Assembly: GCA_020029475.1 (NCBI GenBank)
Contig: JAIBJG010000020.1
Coordinates: 18,114-42,113 of the forward strand
Direction of reading: 5' to 3'
Origin: Methanobacteriota archaeon
GTDB taxonomy: Archaea; Thermoplasmatota; Thermoplasmata; RBG-16-68-12
DNA length: 24,000 nt
The notes under the pieces were generated by a model. It did not search any database and was not told the DNA's origin. It saw only the letters and a list, made by a program, of their open reading frames with translations. Every line of letters starts with the position of its first letter. Position 1 is the first letter of the stretch. Below, piece after piece: positions 1 to 10,700 of the stretch. A program made the position numbers and the translations under genes.

Positions 1-534
1 GGATTCGCGCGCGGGGCGCCAGGGTCTGGACCTCCCCGAGGATCGCCCGGGTCGGCACGACGACGCCCTCGCAGTGGTTCAGGAACACGCGGAGGTACAG
101 CCGGAGGCCGCGCTCCAGAAGGTGCAGGTTCAGCCCGAGGGGGGAGTAGAACGGGATCGCCTCCTGGACGAGGGTGTGGAACGTCTGGACGATCGGGATC
201 TGGGAGGCCCAGGAGCACCACAGCCCCTTGATCCCCATGAAGCCGATCCCGTGGCTGTGGATCAGGTCCACGTCGAGGTCGTTCAGGGCCTCGATCTCGT
301 GGCCCGGGAAGATCGCCAGGCGGTACCCGGGGTACGGGCGGAACTCCTTCGCCTTCACGAAGATTGTGTCCCGCTCGACGTGGTGGCCGTTGCTCGGGTC
401 CTCCGGCGCGAACGTGAAGACCCGGTGGCCGTGGGCCTCGAGCTCCCGCCGGGTCGCGAGGACGCTGTTCACGACCCCGTCGACCGTGGGGAGGTAGGAG
501 TCCGTGAAGAGCGCGATGCGAAGGGACGTCGGGA

Positions 535-538
<4 letters not shown>
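1..538 (-). CDS. Glycosyltransferase, GT-B fold / family 4-like (N-terminal part only; the gene runs off the left edge)
   Basis: This ORF is not in the track because it has no stop in the window. My manual minus-strand translation from GTG 538-536 reads VIPTSLRIALFTDSYLPTVDGVVNSVLATRRELEAHGHRVFTFAPEDPSNGHHVERDTIFVKAKEFRPYPGYRLAIFPG... The 'R(I)ALFTDSYLPxVDGV' N-terminus is typical of GT4 glycosyltransferases. The GTG overlaps the thiDN stop codon (GTGA). The plus-strand ORF 74..1243 here is a shadow ORF. Confidence 0.7.
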
Positions 539-1833
<1,295 letters not shown>

Positions 1834-1855
1834 CGAGGCCGCAATCGGAGGGGGC

Positions 1856-1865
1856 GCTTAAAGAT
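1856..1865. promoter_or_regulatory. Putative shared, nearly palindromic TATA-like box (GCTTAAAGAT) for divergent thiDN and ORF 1892
   Basis: This is the only AT-rich patch in the 58-bp divergent intergenic region. Its centre lies about 27 nt from the thiDN ATG (1833) and about 31 nt from the GTG at 1892, which fits leaderless transcription in both directions. Confidence 0.35.
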
Positions 1866-1891
1866 TCGGCGCGGGGGCGGCGAACGTTTAT

Positions 1892-2296
1892 GTGTCCTCC
1901 CCTCATCGCCGCTTCCCCATGCGGGCCCACAGCGGACACTTCAGGTTCGACCGGTCCGTGACGTGGAAGAAGCTGCTGCCCGCATTCCGGCCCCTGTTCA
2001 CGAAGCTCCTCGAGGAGAGCGGCCAGATGCCCCAGGACCCGGAGATCCTCGCGGTGCTGATCGAGGAGAACCTCCGGGACCTCCGGGAGAACCGGAAGCC
2101 CGAGGGGTACAACCGGGAGGGGACGATGCGGATGATCTTCCCGATCTCCAAGAACGTCGAGTTCTACGTGTACAGCCGGACGAAAACAACGGAGGTGGGG
2201 CGGGTCGTCGAGGCCCTGAGCCGGATCCTCCAGAAGTACCGCCTGAAGCACACCGTGGAGTGGGACAAGCTCCTCGCGTTCCAGGACAAGAAGTGA
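1892..2296 (+). CDS. Hypothetical protein (134 aa from GTG 1892; alternative ATG at 1919)
   Basis: The ORF shows consistent G/C third-position usage and lies opposite no better ORF. I recognise no motif (…PEILAVLIEENLRDLRENRKPEGYNREGTMRMIFPISKNVEFYVYSR…). Confidence 0.55.
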   Translation: MSSPHRRFPMRAHSGHFRFDRSVTWKKLLPAFRPLFTKLLEESGQMPQDPEILAVLIEENLRDLRENRKPEGYNREGTMRMIFPISKNVEFYVYSRTKTTEVGRVVEALSRILQKYRLKHTVEWDKLLAFQDKK

Positions 2297-2299
2297 GGG

Positions 2300-2851
2300 T
2301 CACAGCGGGACCTCCTCGACGGTCGAGTACACGGGCCCCTGCGGGGTCAGGACGCTCTTCTTCAGCCGGACCCGGTCCACGAGAACCTCACCGAACGGGT
2401 CCCGTGCGTGGGCCCCCAACACCCGCCGCAGGTCGTCGAGCCCCCGCGGGCCCTTCACCCGCGCGACCGTGACGTGCGCGGAGAAGTCCCGCCCCTCCCT
2501 CGGATAGCCGAGGGGTTCCATTCCCGCCTCGAGACGCCGGGCGATTTCGACGAGGGGCTCCGCGCCCTCCATGCCGACCCACACGACGTTCATCCGGCGC
2601 AGGTTCGGGAAGGCGCCCGTCCCCACGAGGCGGACCGCGAAGGGGCGGTTCCCCGCCACGGTCGCCCGCATCGCCTCGACGATCCTCGGGACCAGGGCCT
2701 CCTCCGTGTCCCCCAGGAACTTCAGGGTTAGATGGACCTGGCCCAAGTCGACGATCTTCAGGGCGGCCCCCGTCCGTCGGAGCTCCTCCCCGAGCGCCCT
2801 TAGCGCATCGAGTTCCGGGAGGTCAACGGAGATGAACGCGCGGAACGCCAT
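2300..2851 (-). CDS. thpR: RNA 2',3'-cyclic phosphodiesterase / 2'-5' RNA ligase family (2H phosphoesterase)
   Basis: It carries two HxTx motifs at the expected spacing, VHLTLKFLG and AHVTVARV. At 183 aa it matches the typical LigT/ThpR length. Confidence 0.85.
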   Translation of the reverse strand: MAFRAFISVDLPELDALRALGEELRRTGAALKIVDLGQVHLTLKFLGDTEEALVPRIVEAMRATVAGNRPFAVRLVGTGAFPNLRRMNVVWVGMEGAEPLVEIARRLEAGMEPLGYPREGRDFSAHVTVARVKGPRGLDDLRRVLGAHARDPFGEVLVDRVRLKKSVLTPQGPVYSTVEEVPL

Positions 2852-2855
2852 CCCC

Positions 2856-3230
2856 TCACGGCCCTTCGGACTTCCGGAACGTGCGGGTCTCCGGGTCGAT
2901 CCGGCCCCGCGCGTGCCCCTCCTTGATGCTCAGGGCCATCAGCTGCTCCGCCTCGTCCACGGGCCGGCCGAGCCGTTCCGCGATCGTCTCCACCGACACC
3001 TCCCCATACCCCTCGAGGAGGGCGCCGACCTGCGCGAGGCCGCGGTCCCTCCGGTGCGCGGACCAGAACAACCACGCGAACGCCAAGGCGGGGAACAGCG
3101 CGATCCCCGCGCAGAGGCCCGCCGCGGGCGCGAGGGCCGCGGTTGTCCCCCCCGCGGCGACGGCGAACAGGGCGATCACGGAGAGCACGGCAACGGTGAG
3201 GAGCCCACCGAGTCCGAGGATGAAGTACAC
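2856..3230 (-). CDS. Small membrane protein with a soluble C-terminal, possibly winged-helix-like, domain
   Basis: Two hydrophobic segments are present (ILGLGGLLTVAVLSVIALFAVAA; LCAGIALFPALAFAWLFW). They are followed by EVSVETIAERLGRPVDEAEQLMALSIKEGHARGRID, which looks HTH-like. The start is GTG. The gene sits between pyrH and thpR with 25-nt and 4-nt gaps. Confidence 0.6.
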   Translation of the reverse strand: MYFILGLGGLLTVAVLSVIALFAVAAGGTTAALAPAAGLCAGIALFPALAFAWLFWSAHRRDRGLAQVGALLEGYGEVSVETIAERLGRPVDEAEQLMALSIKEGHARGRIDPETRTFRKSEGP

Positions 3231-3255
3231 GTGCTTCGGCTTCGGCGGGATCGGA

Positions 3256-3939
3256 TCACCCCGAGACCGTCGTCCCGTGGAACGCGTCTCCGCAGATGGC
3301 GGCCCGCAGGGCGGTGAGGTCCCGCCCGTCCACGACGAGGAGGGGGAACCCCGCCTTCGCGGCGACCCTCGCCGCGACGGGGTCGAAGACGATTCTCGGG
3401 CCCGCGCGGGTGTGCCCCTCCCCCGTGAGCTCGATCAGCTTCGCGTACGTGAGCCGGTCGAACCGCCGCGCGAACGGGTTCTCCTTCGGGTCCTCCGCGT
3501 ACACGCCATCCACGCTCGTCGCGTTCACGAGCCGGTCCGCCTTGACGACGCGGGCGAGGCTCGCGGCGACCCGGTCCGTCGTCCATCCCGGGGACGTCCC
3601 GCCCATCAGGACGATGGGATGGCGGCGCGCGAGGCGGGCGGCCTCCGTGTACGTCTTCGCGGGCTCCTGGTTCGCGTGGGCTCCGAGGGGGATCGCGAGG
3701 AGCCGGGCGTTCATCCGCGTGATCTCGATCCCGAGCTCGTCGAGGCGGCGCTCCTTCGCCCCGAGGGCCCGCCCGGTCTCGATGTAGAACCGCGCGATCC
3801 GCCCGCCACCCGTGACCGCGAAGACCTTGTGGCTCGTCGTGAGCTCGACGAGGAGTTCCGCGAGCTTCGCGAGGTACGACGGGTCTCCATCCCCGGGCAC
3901 GAGGATGGACCCGCCCAGGGAGATCACGACCCGTTCCAT
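3256..3939 (-). CDS. pyrH: Uridylate (UMP) kinase, archaeal type
   Basis: The sequence MERVVISLGGSILVPGD…VFAVTGGGRIARFYIETGRALG…HPIVLMGGTSPGWTTDRVAASLA matches the amino-acid kinase fold and UMP kinase signatures. I started it at ATG 3939 (227 aa). The track's 324-aa version adds an implausible N-terminal extension across the divergent promoter. Confidence 0.9.
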   Translation of the reverse strand: MERVVISLGGSILVPGDGDPSYLAKLAELLVELTTSHKVFAVTGGGRIARFYIETGRALGAKERRLDELGIEITRMNARLLAIPLGAHANQEPAKTYTEAARLARRHPIVLMGGTSPGWTTDRVAASLARVVKADRLVNATSVDGVYAEDPKENPFARRFDRLTYAKLIELTGEGHTRAGPRIVFDPVAARVAAKAGFPLLVVDGRDLTALRAAICGDAFHGTTVSG

Positions 3940-4042
3940 GGGGACCGCGAGCGAATCCCCGCCCGCCGGAAATACCTTCCCCCGCTCCGACGCCGGAGGC
4001 CGGGAGAAAGGCTCTTTATCCGTGGGACCCCTCGTTCCGTCG

Positions 4043-4252
4043 ATGGTGGAGAACCCCTGCCCGTCGTGCGGGAAGCCGATGGAGCAGGGCTTCGTGATCG
4101 CGGAGAACTTCGTGGAGGGGGCGCGGTGGACGAAGCAGAAGACCCGCCTCGGCGCGGGCGGCGAGAAGATCGTCGAGGCGGACGCGTTCGGGAACCAGTA
4201 CATCCCGGGGTACCGCTGCCCGTCGTGCAAGCTCCTCCTGCTGTTCTACTAG
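4043..4252 (+). CDS. Small zinc-ribbon protein (69 aa)
   Basis: MVENPCPSCGKPMEQGFV…GYRCPSCKLLLLFY contains two CxxC pairs. The ATG at 4043 lies about 27 nt downstream of the AT-rich CTCTTTATCC (4012-4021). The track ORF start at 3812 would overlap pyrH. Confidence 0.65.
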   Translation: MVENPCPSCGKPMEQGFVIAENFVEGARWTKQKTRLGAGGEKIVEADAFGNQYIPGYRCPSCKLLLLFY

Positions 4253-4310
4253 GCCGACGCCCCGGAGTACTTTCAGCCATCTCCCCATGGAAAGACCAAG
4301 CACCCGGACG

Positions 4311-4334
4311 CGTTTCGACAATTTAGTCGAAACG
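4311..4334. repeat. Palindromic element, copy 1: CGTTTCGAC-AATTTA-GTCGAAACG
   Basis: The arms are a perfect 9-bp inverted repeat around an AT-rich 6-nt centre. The centre could itself serve as a TATA box about 24 nt upstream of ATG 4347. A near-identical copy lies at 4659-4681. Confidence 0.8.
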
Positions 4335-4346
4335 GCGGCGAGGTCC

Positions 4347-4658
4347 ATGATGCGAAGATCGATGATGCGAAGGGTGAGGAGGGGGAAGCGGCGAGCGCGC
4401 GAGTCCGGTCACATCGTAACATGGGACGTGAACAGTGCGGACTCCGCCGCGGTGAACCGACTCCGGCGCTTCGTGTTCGGGGACGTCTCCCGATCACGGG
4501 GCCGGACGTACCGGTATCCGGGGTTCGTCGAGCGCGACGGAGTCCGCTACCTGGGGCAGTCCGTCCTGTTCGTCCGCCCCTCGTTGTTGGCCGAGATCCA
4601 GACGTTCCTCTCCTGCATCGCGATCGATCACGAGGTCACCCCCGCGAGCGTCGGGTAA
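4347..4658 (+). CDS. Small basic hypothetical protein (103 aa from ATG 4347)
   Basis: The N-terminus is Arg-rich, MMRRSMMRRVRRGKRRARESG, and is encoded partly by a 15-bp tandem duplication (ATGATGCGAAG at 4347 and 4362). The remainder, HIVTWDV…AVNRLRRFVFG…VRYLGQSVLFVRPSLLAEIQTFLSCIAIDHEV, has a beta-alpha-beta-beta-alpha-beta pattern loosely reminiscent of Cas2/VapD-like folds; that is only a guess. The track start at 4287 would place copy 1 of the palindrome inside the CDS. Confidence 0.5.
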   Translation: MMRRSMMRRVRRGKRRARESGHIVTWDVNSADSAAVNRLRRFVFGDVSRSRGRTYRYPGFVERDGVRYLGQSVLFVRPSLLAEIQTFLSCIAIDHEVTPASVG

Positions 4659-4681
4659 CGTTTCGACAATCTAGTCGAAAC
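4659..4681. repeat. Palindromic element, copy 2: CGTTTCGAC-AATCTA-GTCGAAAC
   Basis: It starts 1 nt after the TAA stop at 4656-4658. Relative to copy 1 it has the same arms with a single substitution in the spacer. It lies about 50 nt upstream of the putative prf1 TATA (CTCATAAC, 4724-4731). Confidence 0.8.
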
Positions 4682-4756
4682 ACCCGCGGGTCGACTCGGC
4701 CCCGGACTCCGTGCTGAGAAAGCCTCATAACGACTCGGTCCTTTGCTTCGCACATC

Positions 4757-6001
4757 ATGGCGGAAGCACAGGCCCCCGCGAAGCTCTCCCCGATGGAGAA
4801 GTACCGCTTCAAGCGGGCGCTCGAGGAGGTCGAGAAGATCCAGGGGCGGGGCACGGAGCTCGTCTCCGTGTTCATCCCGCCGGACCGGCCGATCTTCGAG
4901 GTCACGAACTACCTGCGGGGCGAGTACTCGCAGAGCTCGAACATCAAGAGCGCGAGCACCCGGAAGCACGTGATGCAGGCAATCGAGTCCATCATCAACC
5001 GGTTGAAGGAGTACAAGATGCCCCCGCCAAACGGCCTCGTCTGCTTCGTGGGCCACATGGACGTCGGGGCGGACCAGACGAAGATGGTCGCGTACGTCCT
5101 CCAGCCGCCGGAGCCCGTCCCGTCGTTCCTGTACCGCTGCGACTCCCGGTTCTACACGGAGCCCCTCCACGAGATGCTCGCGGAGAAGGATGTCTACGGC
5201 CTCCTCGTGATCGACCAGGGGGAGGCGACGATCGGCCTCCTGGAGGGGAAGCGGATCACCCCCCTGAAGAACGTCCAGTCCCAGGTCCCCCGGAAGCACC
5301 GGATGGGGGGGCAGTCCGCCCGCCGCTTCGAGCGTCTCCACGAGCAGGCGGTCCACGAGTTCTTCAAGAAGATCGGGGACCTCGCGACGGAGGCGTTCCT
5401 GAACCGCCGGGAGCTGAAGGGGCTGATCATCGGCGGGCCCGGGTTCACGAAGGACACGTTCGTCAAGGAGGGGCACCTCCACCACGAGCTCGCGAAGACG
5501 GTCCTCGGGACGTTCGACACGGGGTACACGGACGAGTCGGGGCTGCGGGAGCTCGTCGCGAACGCGGCGGAGGTCCTCCGGGACCTCGACCTGATGCGGG
5601 AGAAGAACCTCGTCCAGCACCTGATGGACGAGATCCGGAAGGCGGAGGGCGGCCTCGCGGCCTACGGGGAGGAGCAGGTCCGCCGGGCCCTCGAGCTCGG
5701 GGCCGTCGACACCCTCCTGATCTCCGAGGGCCTCCGGAAGCTCCGCCTCGACCTCCGGTGCCCGAACTGCGGGCACACGGAGACCCGCACGGTCGCGGAC
5801 GAGTCGACGTTGCCGAAGTGCCCGGACTGCGGAAAGGACTTCGAGATCGCGTCCCGCACGGACATCGTGGACGTGTTCACGTCCCTCGCGGACCGGACGA
5901 ACGCGAAGGTCGAGCTGATCTCCGCGGACTCCGACGAGGGGGAGCTCCTGATAAAGGCCTTCGGTGGGATCGCCGCGATCCTCCGATACCGGGTGGCGTG
6001 A
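4757..6001 (+). CDS. prf1: Peptide chain release factor aRF1
   Basis: The NIKS motif (SSNIKSASTRK) and GGQ motif (KHRMGGQSARRFERL) are both present, and the 414-aa length fits. The C-terminal domain carries a CxxC…CxxC insert (CPNCGHTE…CPDCGKDF). Confidence 0.95.
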   Translation: MAEAQAPAKLSPMEKYRFKRALEEVEKIQGRGTELVSVFIPPDRPIFEVTNYLRGEYSQSSNIKSASTRKHVMQAIESIINRLKEYKMPPPNGLVCFVGHMDVGADQTKMVAYVLQPPEPVPSFLYRCDSRFYTEPLHEMLAEKDVYGLLVIDQGEATIGLLEGKRITPLKNVQSQVPRKHRMGGQSARRFERLHEQAVHEFFKKIGDLATEAFLNRRELKGLIIGGPGFTKDTFVKEGHLHHELAKTVLGTFDTGYTDESGLRELVANAAEVLRDLDLMREKNLVQHLMDEIRKAEGGLAAYGEEQVRRALELGAVDTLLISEGLRKLRLDLRCPNCGHTETRTVADESTLPKCPDCGKDFEIASRTDIVDVFTSLADRTNAKVELISADSDEGELLIKAFGGIAAILRYRVA

Positions 6002-6002
6002 C

Positions 6003-7724
6003 GTGGCGCGCGACCCGTGGGCCGCGGTCCTCGCGGAGGCGGAGTCCCTCCGGACCCGCGCCGTCCTCTCCCTCAGCATCCCCCCGATCCCCGTCCCCTT
6101 CGAGGAGCCGGACGAAACCCTCGGGGACCTCGCGTTCGCGTGCTTCGTGTACGCGAAGCGGATGCAGCAGGCGCCGGACGTGATCGCCTCCCGGCTCGCG
6201 CCCCTAATCCCGCGGGGAAAGTTCATCGCCTCCGCGACCGCGACGGGCGGGTACGTGAACCTCCGCGTCGACCCCGCGGCGCTCGCATCGGAGACCCTCG
6301 GGGCGCTCCGGACCGCGGGGGAGGCGTACGGGGCGGGGGAACCCGGAAAGGAGCGGGTCCTCCTCGAGCACACGAGCGTGAACCCGACGGGGCCGATCCA
6401 CGTGGGCCGCGCGCGGAACCCGGTCATCGGGGACAGTCTCGCCCGGATCCTGCGCAAGGCGGGGTTCCCCCTCACGACCGAGTACCTCGTGAACGACGTC
6501 GGGAGGCAGATGGTCCTCCTGTACTGGGGCGTCACCCACCTGAAGCCGTCCGACGTGGCCCCCCCGCAATCCGCGAAGGAGGACCACGCGCTGCTCCCGT
6601 ACTACGTGAAGGCGAACGAGCTCGCGGAGAATGACCCGAACGTGAACCAGGAGGTGGAGGCCCTGATCCGTGCGTTCGAGGGCGGGGACGCGGACCTCAC
6701 GAAGGCGATCAGCTCCGTGTCCCGCCAGATCCTCTCCGGGATCCTGCAGACCCTGGACCGGATCGGGGTCGCGTTCGACCGCTTCTTCTGGGAGAGCGAC
6801 CTGATCCTCCAGGGGAAGATCGGCCCCGTGATCGAGCGCCTGAAGGCGCTCCCGGTGGTCCAGCAGGAGGACGGAGCGTACTACATCGACATGGCTCCCT
6901 TCGGCGTGAAGGGCCGGGAGACGAAGTGGTTCCTCACGAAGCGGGACGGCACGAGCCTGTACCCGACCCGGGACATCGCGTACCACATCGACAAGTTCAC
7001 GCGGTGCGACCTCGCAATCACCGTGCTCGGGGAGAACCACCGCCTCGAGTACGAGCAGCTGTGCACCGCGCTGAAGCTCCTCGGGGAGCGGCTGGCGGAA
7101 GCGGTGTTCTACTCGTACGTCGTCCTGCCGGAGGGGAAGATGCAGACCCGCCGCGGGCGGATCGTCGCGATGGACGACCTGATCGAGGAGGCCGTCGCCC
7201 GGGCCCAGGAGGAGGTGCGGAAGCGCCGCCCGGAGCTCCCGGAGTCCCAGATGCGGGAGATCGCCGAAGCCGTCGGGATCGCCGCCCTCCGGTACAACAT
7301 CGTCCGCGTGCAGGCGGAGAAGAAGATCACGTTCCGGTGGGAGGAGGCGCTGAACTTCGAGGGGAACTCGGCCCCGTTCCTCCAGTACGCTCATGCCCGC
7401 ACGCGCGGGATCCTGGGAAAGGGAGGACCCTTTGAGCCCGGGGACCCCGCGCTCCTCACGCATCCGGAGGAGGCCCGCCTCATGAAGCTCCTAGCGAGGT
7501 TTCCCCACGTGATCGGGAAGGCCGCGGAGAGTCGCCGGCCCCACGAGGTCGCCACGTTCGCGTACGACGTCGCCGCCCAGTTCAACCTGTTCTACCGGGA
7601 CTGCCCTGTGCTCACGGCGGACCCTCCGCTCCGGGCGGCCCGCCTCGGGCTCGTGGACGGCACGCGAATCGTCCTCCAGGGGGCGCTGGACTGCCTCGGG
7701 CTCCCCGCGCCCCACGAGATGTAA
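6003..7724 (+). CDS. argS: Arginine--tRNA ligase (class I)
   Basis: The HIGH-type motif HTSVNPTGPIHVGRARN is present, together with the typical ArgRS core (…YPTRDIAYHIDKF…) and the anticodon-binding C-terminus ending …HEM. The start is uncertain. GTG 6003 lies 1 nt after the prf1 stop and best fits the N-terminal length of other ArgRS proteins. GTG 5964, the track start, would overlap prf1 by 38 nt. Confidence 0.9.
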   Translation: MARDPWAAVLAEAESLRTRAVLSLSIPPIPVPFEEPDETLGDLAFACFVYAKRMQQAPDVIASRLAPLIPRGKFIASATATGGYVNLRVDPAALASETLGALRTAGEAYGAGEPGKERVLLEHTSVNPTGPIHVGRARNPVIGDSLARILRKAGFPLTTEYLVNDVGRQMVLLYWGVTHLKPSDVAPPQSAKEDHALLPYYVKANELAENDPNVNQEVEALIRAFEGGDADLTKAISSVSRQILSGILQTLDRIGVAFDRFFWESDLILQGKIGPVIERLKALPVVQQEDGAYYIDMAPFGVKGRETKWFLTKRDGTSLYPTRDIAYHIDKFTRCDLAITVLGENHRLEYEQLCTALKLLGERLAEAVFYSYVVLPEGKMQTRRGRIVAMDDLIEEAVARAQEEVRKRRPELPESQMREIAEAVGIAALRYNIVRVQAEKKITFRWEEALNFEGNSAPFLQYAHARTRGILGKGGPFEPGDPALLTHPEEARLMKLLARFPHVIGKAAESRRPHEVATFAYDVAAQFNLFYRDCPVLTADPPLRAARLGLVDGTRIVLQGALDCLGLPAPHEM

Positions 7725-7740
7725 GCGCGAGTCGTCGGGC

Positions 7741-10700
7741 TCAGAGCCGTTTCTTGCCCTTGTTGTCCTCTTCGGGCTCGGCCGCCTCGTCCTTGTCCTC
7801 GAGCTTCTTCTTCTCTTTCTTCTCTTTCTTCTCCTTGCGGCGGAAGACGAGCTCTCCCGAGCGGTACCGGCTGTATGTCCGCGCGGCGAAGGCGACCCCG
7901 ATCACGAGGGCGATGAACAGGATGATCGCGAGGGGGATCACCCAGCCCGCGAGCTTCACGAACACGCTCCCCGTGATCCGGTTCTGGCTGTCCACCCACG
8001 TGTACGGCTCCTTGCCGTCGTAGACCTTGATCTCCAGGGACTTGTTCCCCTGTGCCGGGAAGCTGATCAGGAAGATGAGCCGGACCCTCGCACCCGTGTT
8101 CACGCGCCGGTCGGTGATGGGGTTCCAATTCACGTCCAGCCATTGGGGGCTCGTGTTATTGAGAACGTTGACACCGTTCGGGTCTTTCGCTTCGAGGACC
8201 ACATGGACATCCGTCGCGTTCGCTCGGTTCGCGCCGTTCTCGATCATGAACGACACGTTGATCAGCTGGCCCTCCTCGGGCTGGCCGGGCTCGATCTTCA
8301 GGGAGGCGGCGATGTACTTCAGGTCCGGGTGCTTCGCGAGATCCACCGCCACTGCGATCCCCGACGTCAGGTTCGCGTAGTTCGGCGGGCGCCCGAGGAA
8401 GCCCGTGTCCGTCACGTTCACGGTGACGTTGTAGGAGACGTTGAACTCCCGCCACCAGACGGTGACGTTCCAACCCCATGTGGACGTAATCGCATTGTAG
8501 CCCTTCTGGCTGGAGATGTTCCCTTTCGAGTCGCAGGCGGGCGTGCAGTTCACGGGACCCGGGAAGTGCCATGTGTAGGAGAGGTTCCGGTTCGAGTCGT
8601 AGTTGTCCGAGGATGAGGAGGCGTTGAACGAGTAGTTCTTCCCCTCGACGAGGCTCGTCGTGACGATCCAGTCCCTCGAGGGGTCCAGGATCACGAAGTT
8701 CGGCGTGGGCTTCGTCTGGTAGCTGGGGATGCTGGCCGTGTGGTTGTTCAGCCAGGGGGGAGCCGTTGACCACGCCACGTCGCTGGAGCTGTCCCCATAG
8801 AACTTGATGGGACTGTCCTCGTCGACCTGGAGGTTCTTTCCCGTCCAGTCTCCGACAGTCCGGTTTGTCCTGAGCCTCGCGACGGGCGGCGTGTCGTCCA
8901 CGAAGATCTTGATGTCCCGATACGTCCGGTTCCCGCCCGCCTCGACGACGGTCAGGTTCACGGTGAACTCGTGGCCCTCCGCGGCGAGAATCGCGGCCGT
9001 GTAGTTGAACGTCGACGTGATGTTGTATCCGATCCGGGCCCGGTTCGTGTTGTTCGTAAAGTGCCAGGTGAAATTCGCGTCCCGAATGTTTCCGACGGGG
9101 TCGATCGACTGCTCGGCGGAGAACGTGATGTTCGTGTCCTCCGCGACGATCGCCGTGTAGTTCTTGTCGGTGTCGCTGAGCACGTGGAACTTCCCGATGG
9201 GGCCCGCCACGGCGGCCCGGGCGGTCCCGTTAATGGACTTCCGCACCGTCATCTCGATCTCCGACGTGGCCCCACTCGCCGAAAGGCCGGGATCCAGTGT
9301 GACGACGGTCCACAACGACGTCGTGATCGTCCCCGTGACCTTCTTGTCCGTCATCTCGTAGCCGCGGGGGAAGTCCACGACGATGACCTGGTCCTGGTAC
9401 ACGCTCTCGTTCACGTCGTTCGGCGTGGTCACGTTCACGAAGTACGTGGGCGCGGAATTCGCGAGCGGGGTCGTCGCACGCAGTCTGTAGGAAGCGGATC
9501 TGTTGATCCAGATCGCCCGGCCGCCCTCTGCGAAGTAGTTGACAGACCACGTGGGCGGCGGGACGCTCCAGTTGTGGATCGCGCCGTTCGTGGTCAGGAA
9601 GTCGTTTGTCGTCACATAGTACGGACTCCGGGTGCCCAGCCATGCTACGAAGGAGGCGTTTTCGCCAGCGTCCCGGACCCCGTTCGCGGTGCCATTGGGC
9701 AAGCCGAAGTGGTAGTCGATCTGGAGGTCCAGGCTGCGGATCTCCGCGAGCTTGAGCGCGGGAAGGGTGCTGTCCGAGCGGAGGGTCAGGTTTCGGCTCA
9801 CCGCCATCCTGCTCCAGTTCGTTTCGGCGTAACTGACCGTGGATCGGTACACCTCCTTCTCCGACACCGCGAGGAAGGAGTCGACCGGATTCCCCGCGTA
9901 CGGCGGGTTCAGCGGCGTCGTGATCGTCCGCGTCGCCGCCTTGTAGCCGTTGGCGTCGACGACCATCCGATACGTCTGGCCGGGCTCCGCATAGAAGGTA
10001 TACAGGCTGGCGACGACCTGCGCCTCGATCACCTTCCTGAACGCCGGCCAGGTCCTGTCCACGTTGTACAGGAACCCCACAACCCCCTGGTCGATCCGAC
10101 GGAAGTTGTCCGATCGGAAGGCGTGCCCGACGATGATGATGCCCCGCGTCAAGACAACGCGGGTGAAGTTCGTCGTGGCCGTGTCCACCAGCAACGTGAC
10201 CGGGTGGTATTCGTCCTTCGACACCTGGACCTCCAGCACGCCCCGCCAGATGGGGAAGGTCGCGAATCCCGTACCGTTCGTCGCGGAGGTCGAGACGACC
10301 TGGTTCTGCCCCTGATCGAGGAGGTTCACCGTCGCATCCGCGAGGGCCCCTGCGCTCCGGTAGGTCACGGTGAGTGTGTTGGTCCCGAAGAGGAAGTCGT
10401 TAAGGATCCGGACGCCGCCCGTGCTTTCGTCGAGCGTCCAGTTCTGCCCGGAGACCCCCCACAGCACACCGTCCTTGAACACGATCGCGCTCCCGGGGAT
10501 TACGGGATAGGAACTGAGGCGGGAGGTCGTGGACGCGTACCAATACGTCACGTTCAGGAACTGATGGGTCGAAGCGAGGCTCGCGGCGACCGTGGGGTTG
10601 AGGATCTGAAGGGTTCCATCGAAGAAATTGGACCACGTGTAGTCGACCGACGGGTTCAGGAACGTCCCCCGGTAGCGGACCTCGTAGTCCGTGGTCCACA

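Noticed and set aside
3812-4042. The N-terminal 77 aa of track ORF 3812..4252, and minus-strand ORFs 3924..4280, 4016..4348 and 4273..4497
   Set aside because: The extension overlaps the pyrH N-terminus antisense and crosses the divergent promoter. The zinc-ribbon domain starts at ATG 4043. The minus-strand ORFs are low-complexity shadows.
4311-4681. The two palindromic repeats as a CRISPR array or as MITE terminal inverted repeats
   Set aside because: There are only two copies, 348 bp apart, enclosing a coding ORF. Each copy is an internal palindrome rather than one half of a terminal inverted repeat pair, and I could see no target-site duplication. This is not CRISPR-like. The cassette idea is kept only as a minor alternative.
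4628-6535. ORF 4628..6535 (-) at 635 aa and ORF 4711..6183 (+) at 490 aa, both overlapping prf1/argS
   Set aside because: They lie antisense or out of frame to aRF1, whose NIKS and GGQ motifs are unambiguous. Their composition is again Arg/Pro/Gly-dominated.
7804-7838. CTT/TTC-rich simple repeat as a regulatory or non-coding repeat
   Set aside because: It lies inside the surface-protein CDS and encodes the in-frame Lys/Glu-rich C-terminal tail. It is reported as a property of that gene instead.
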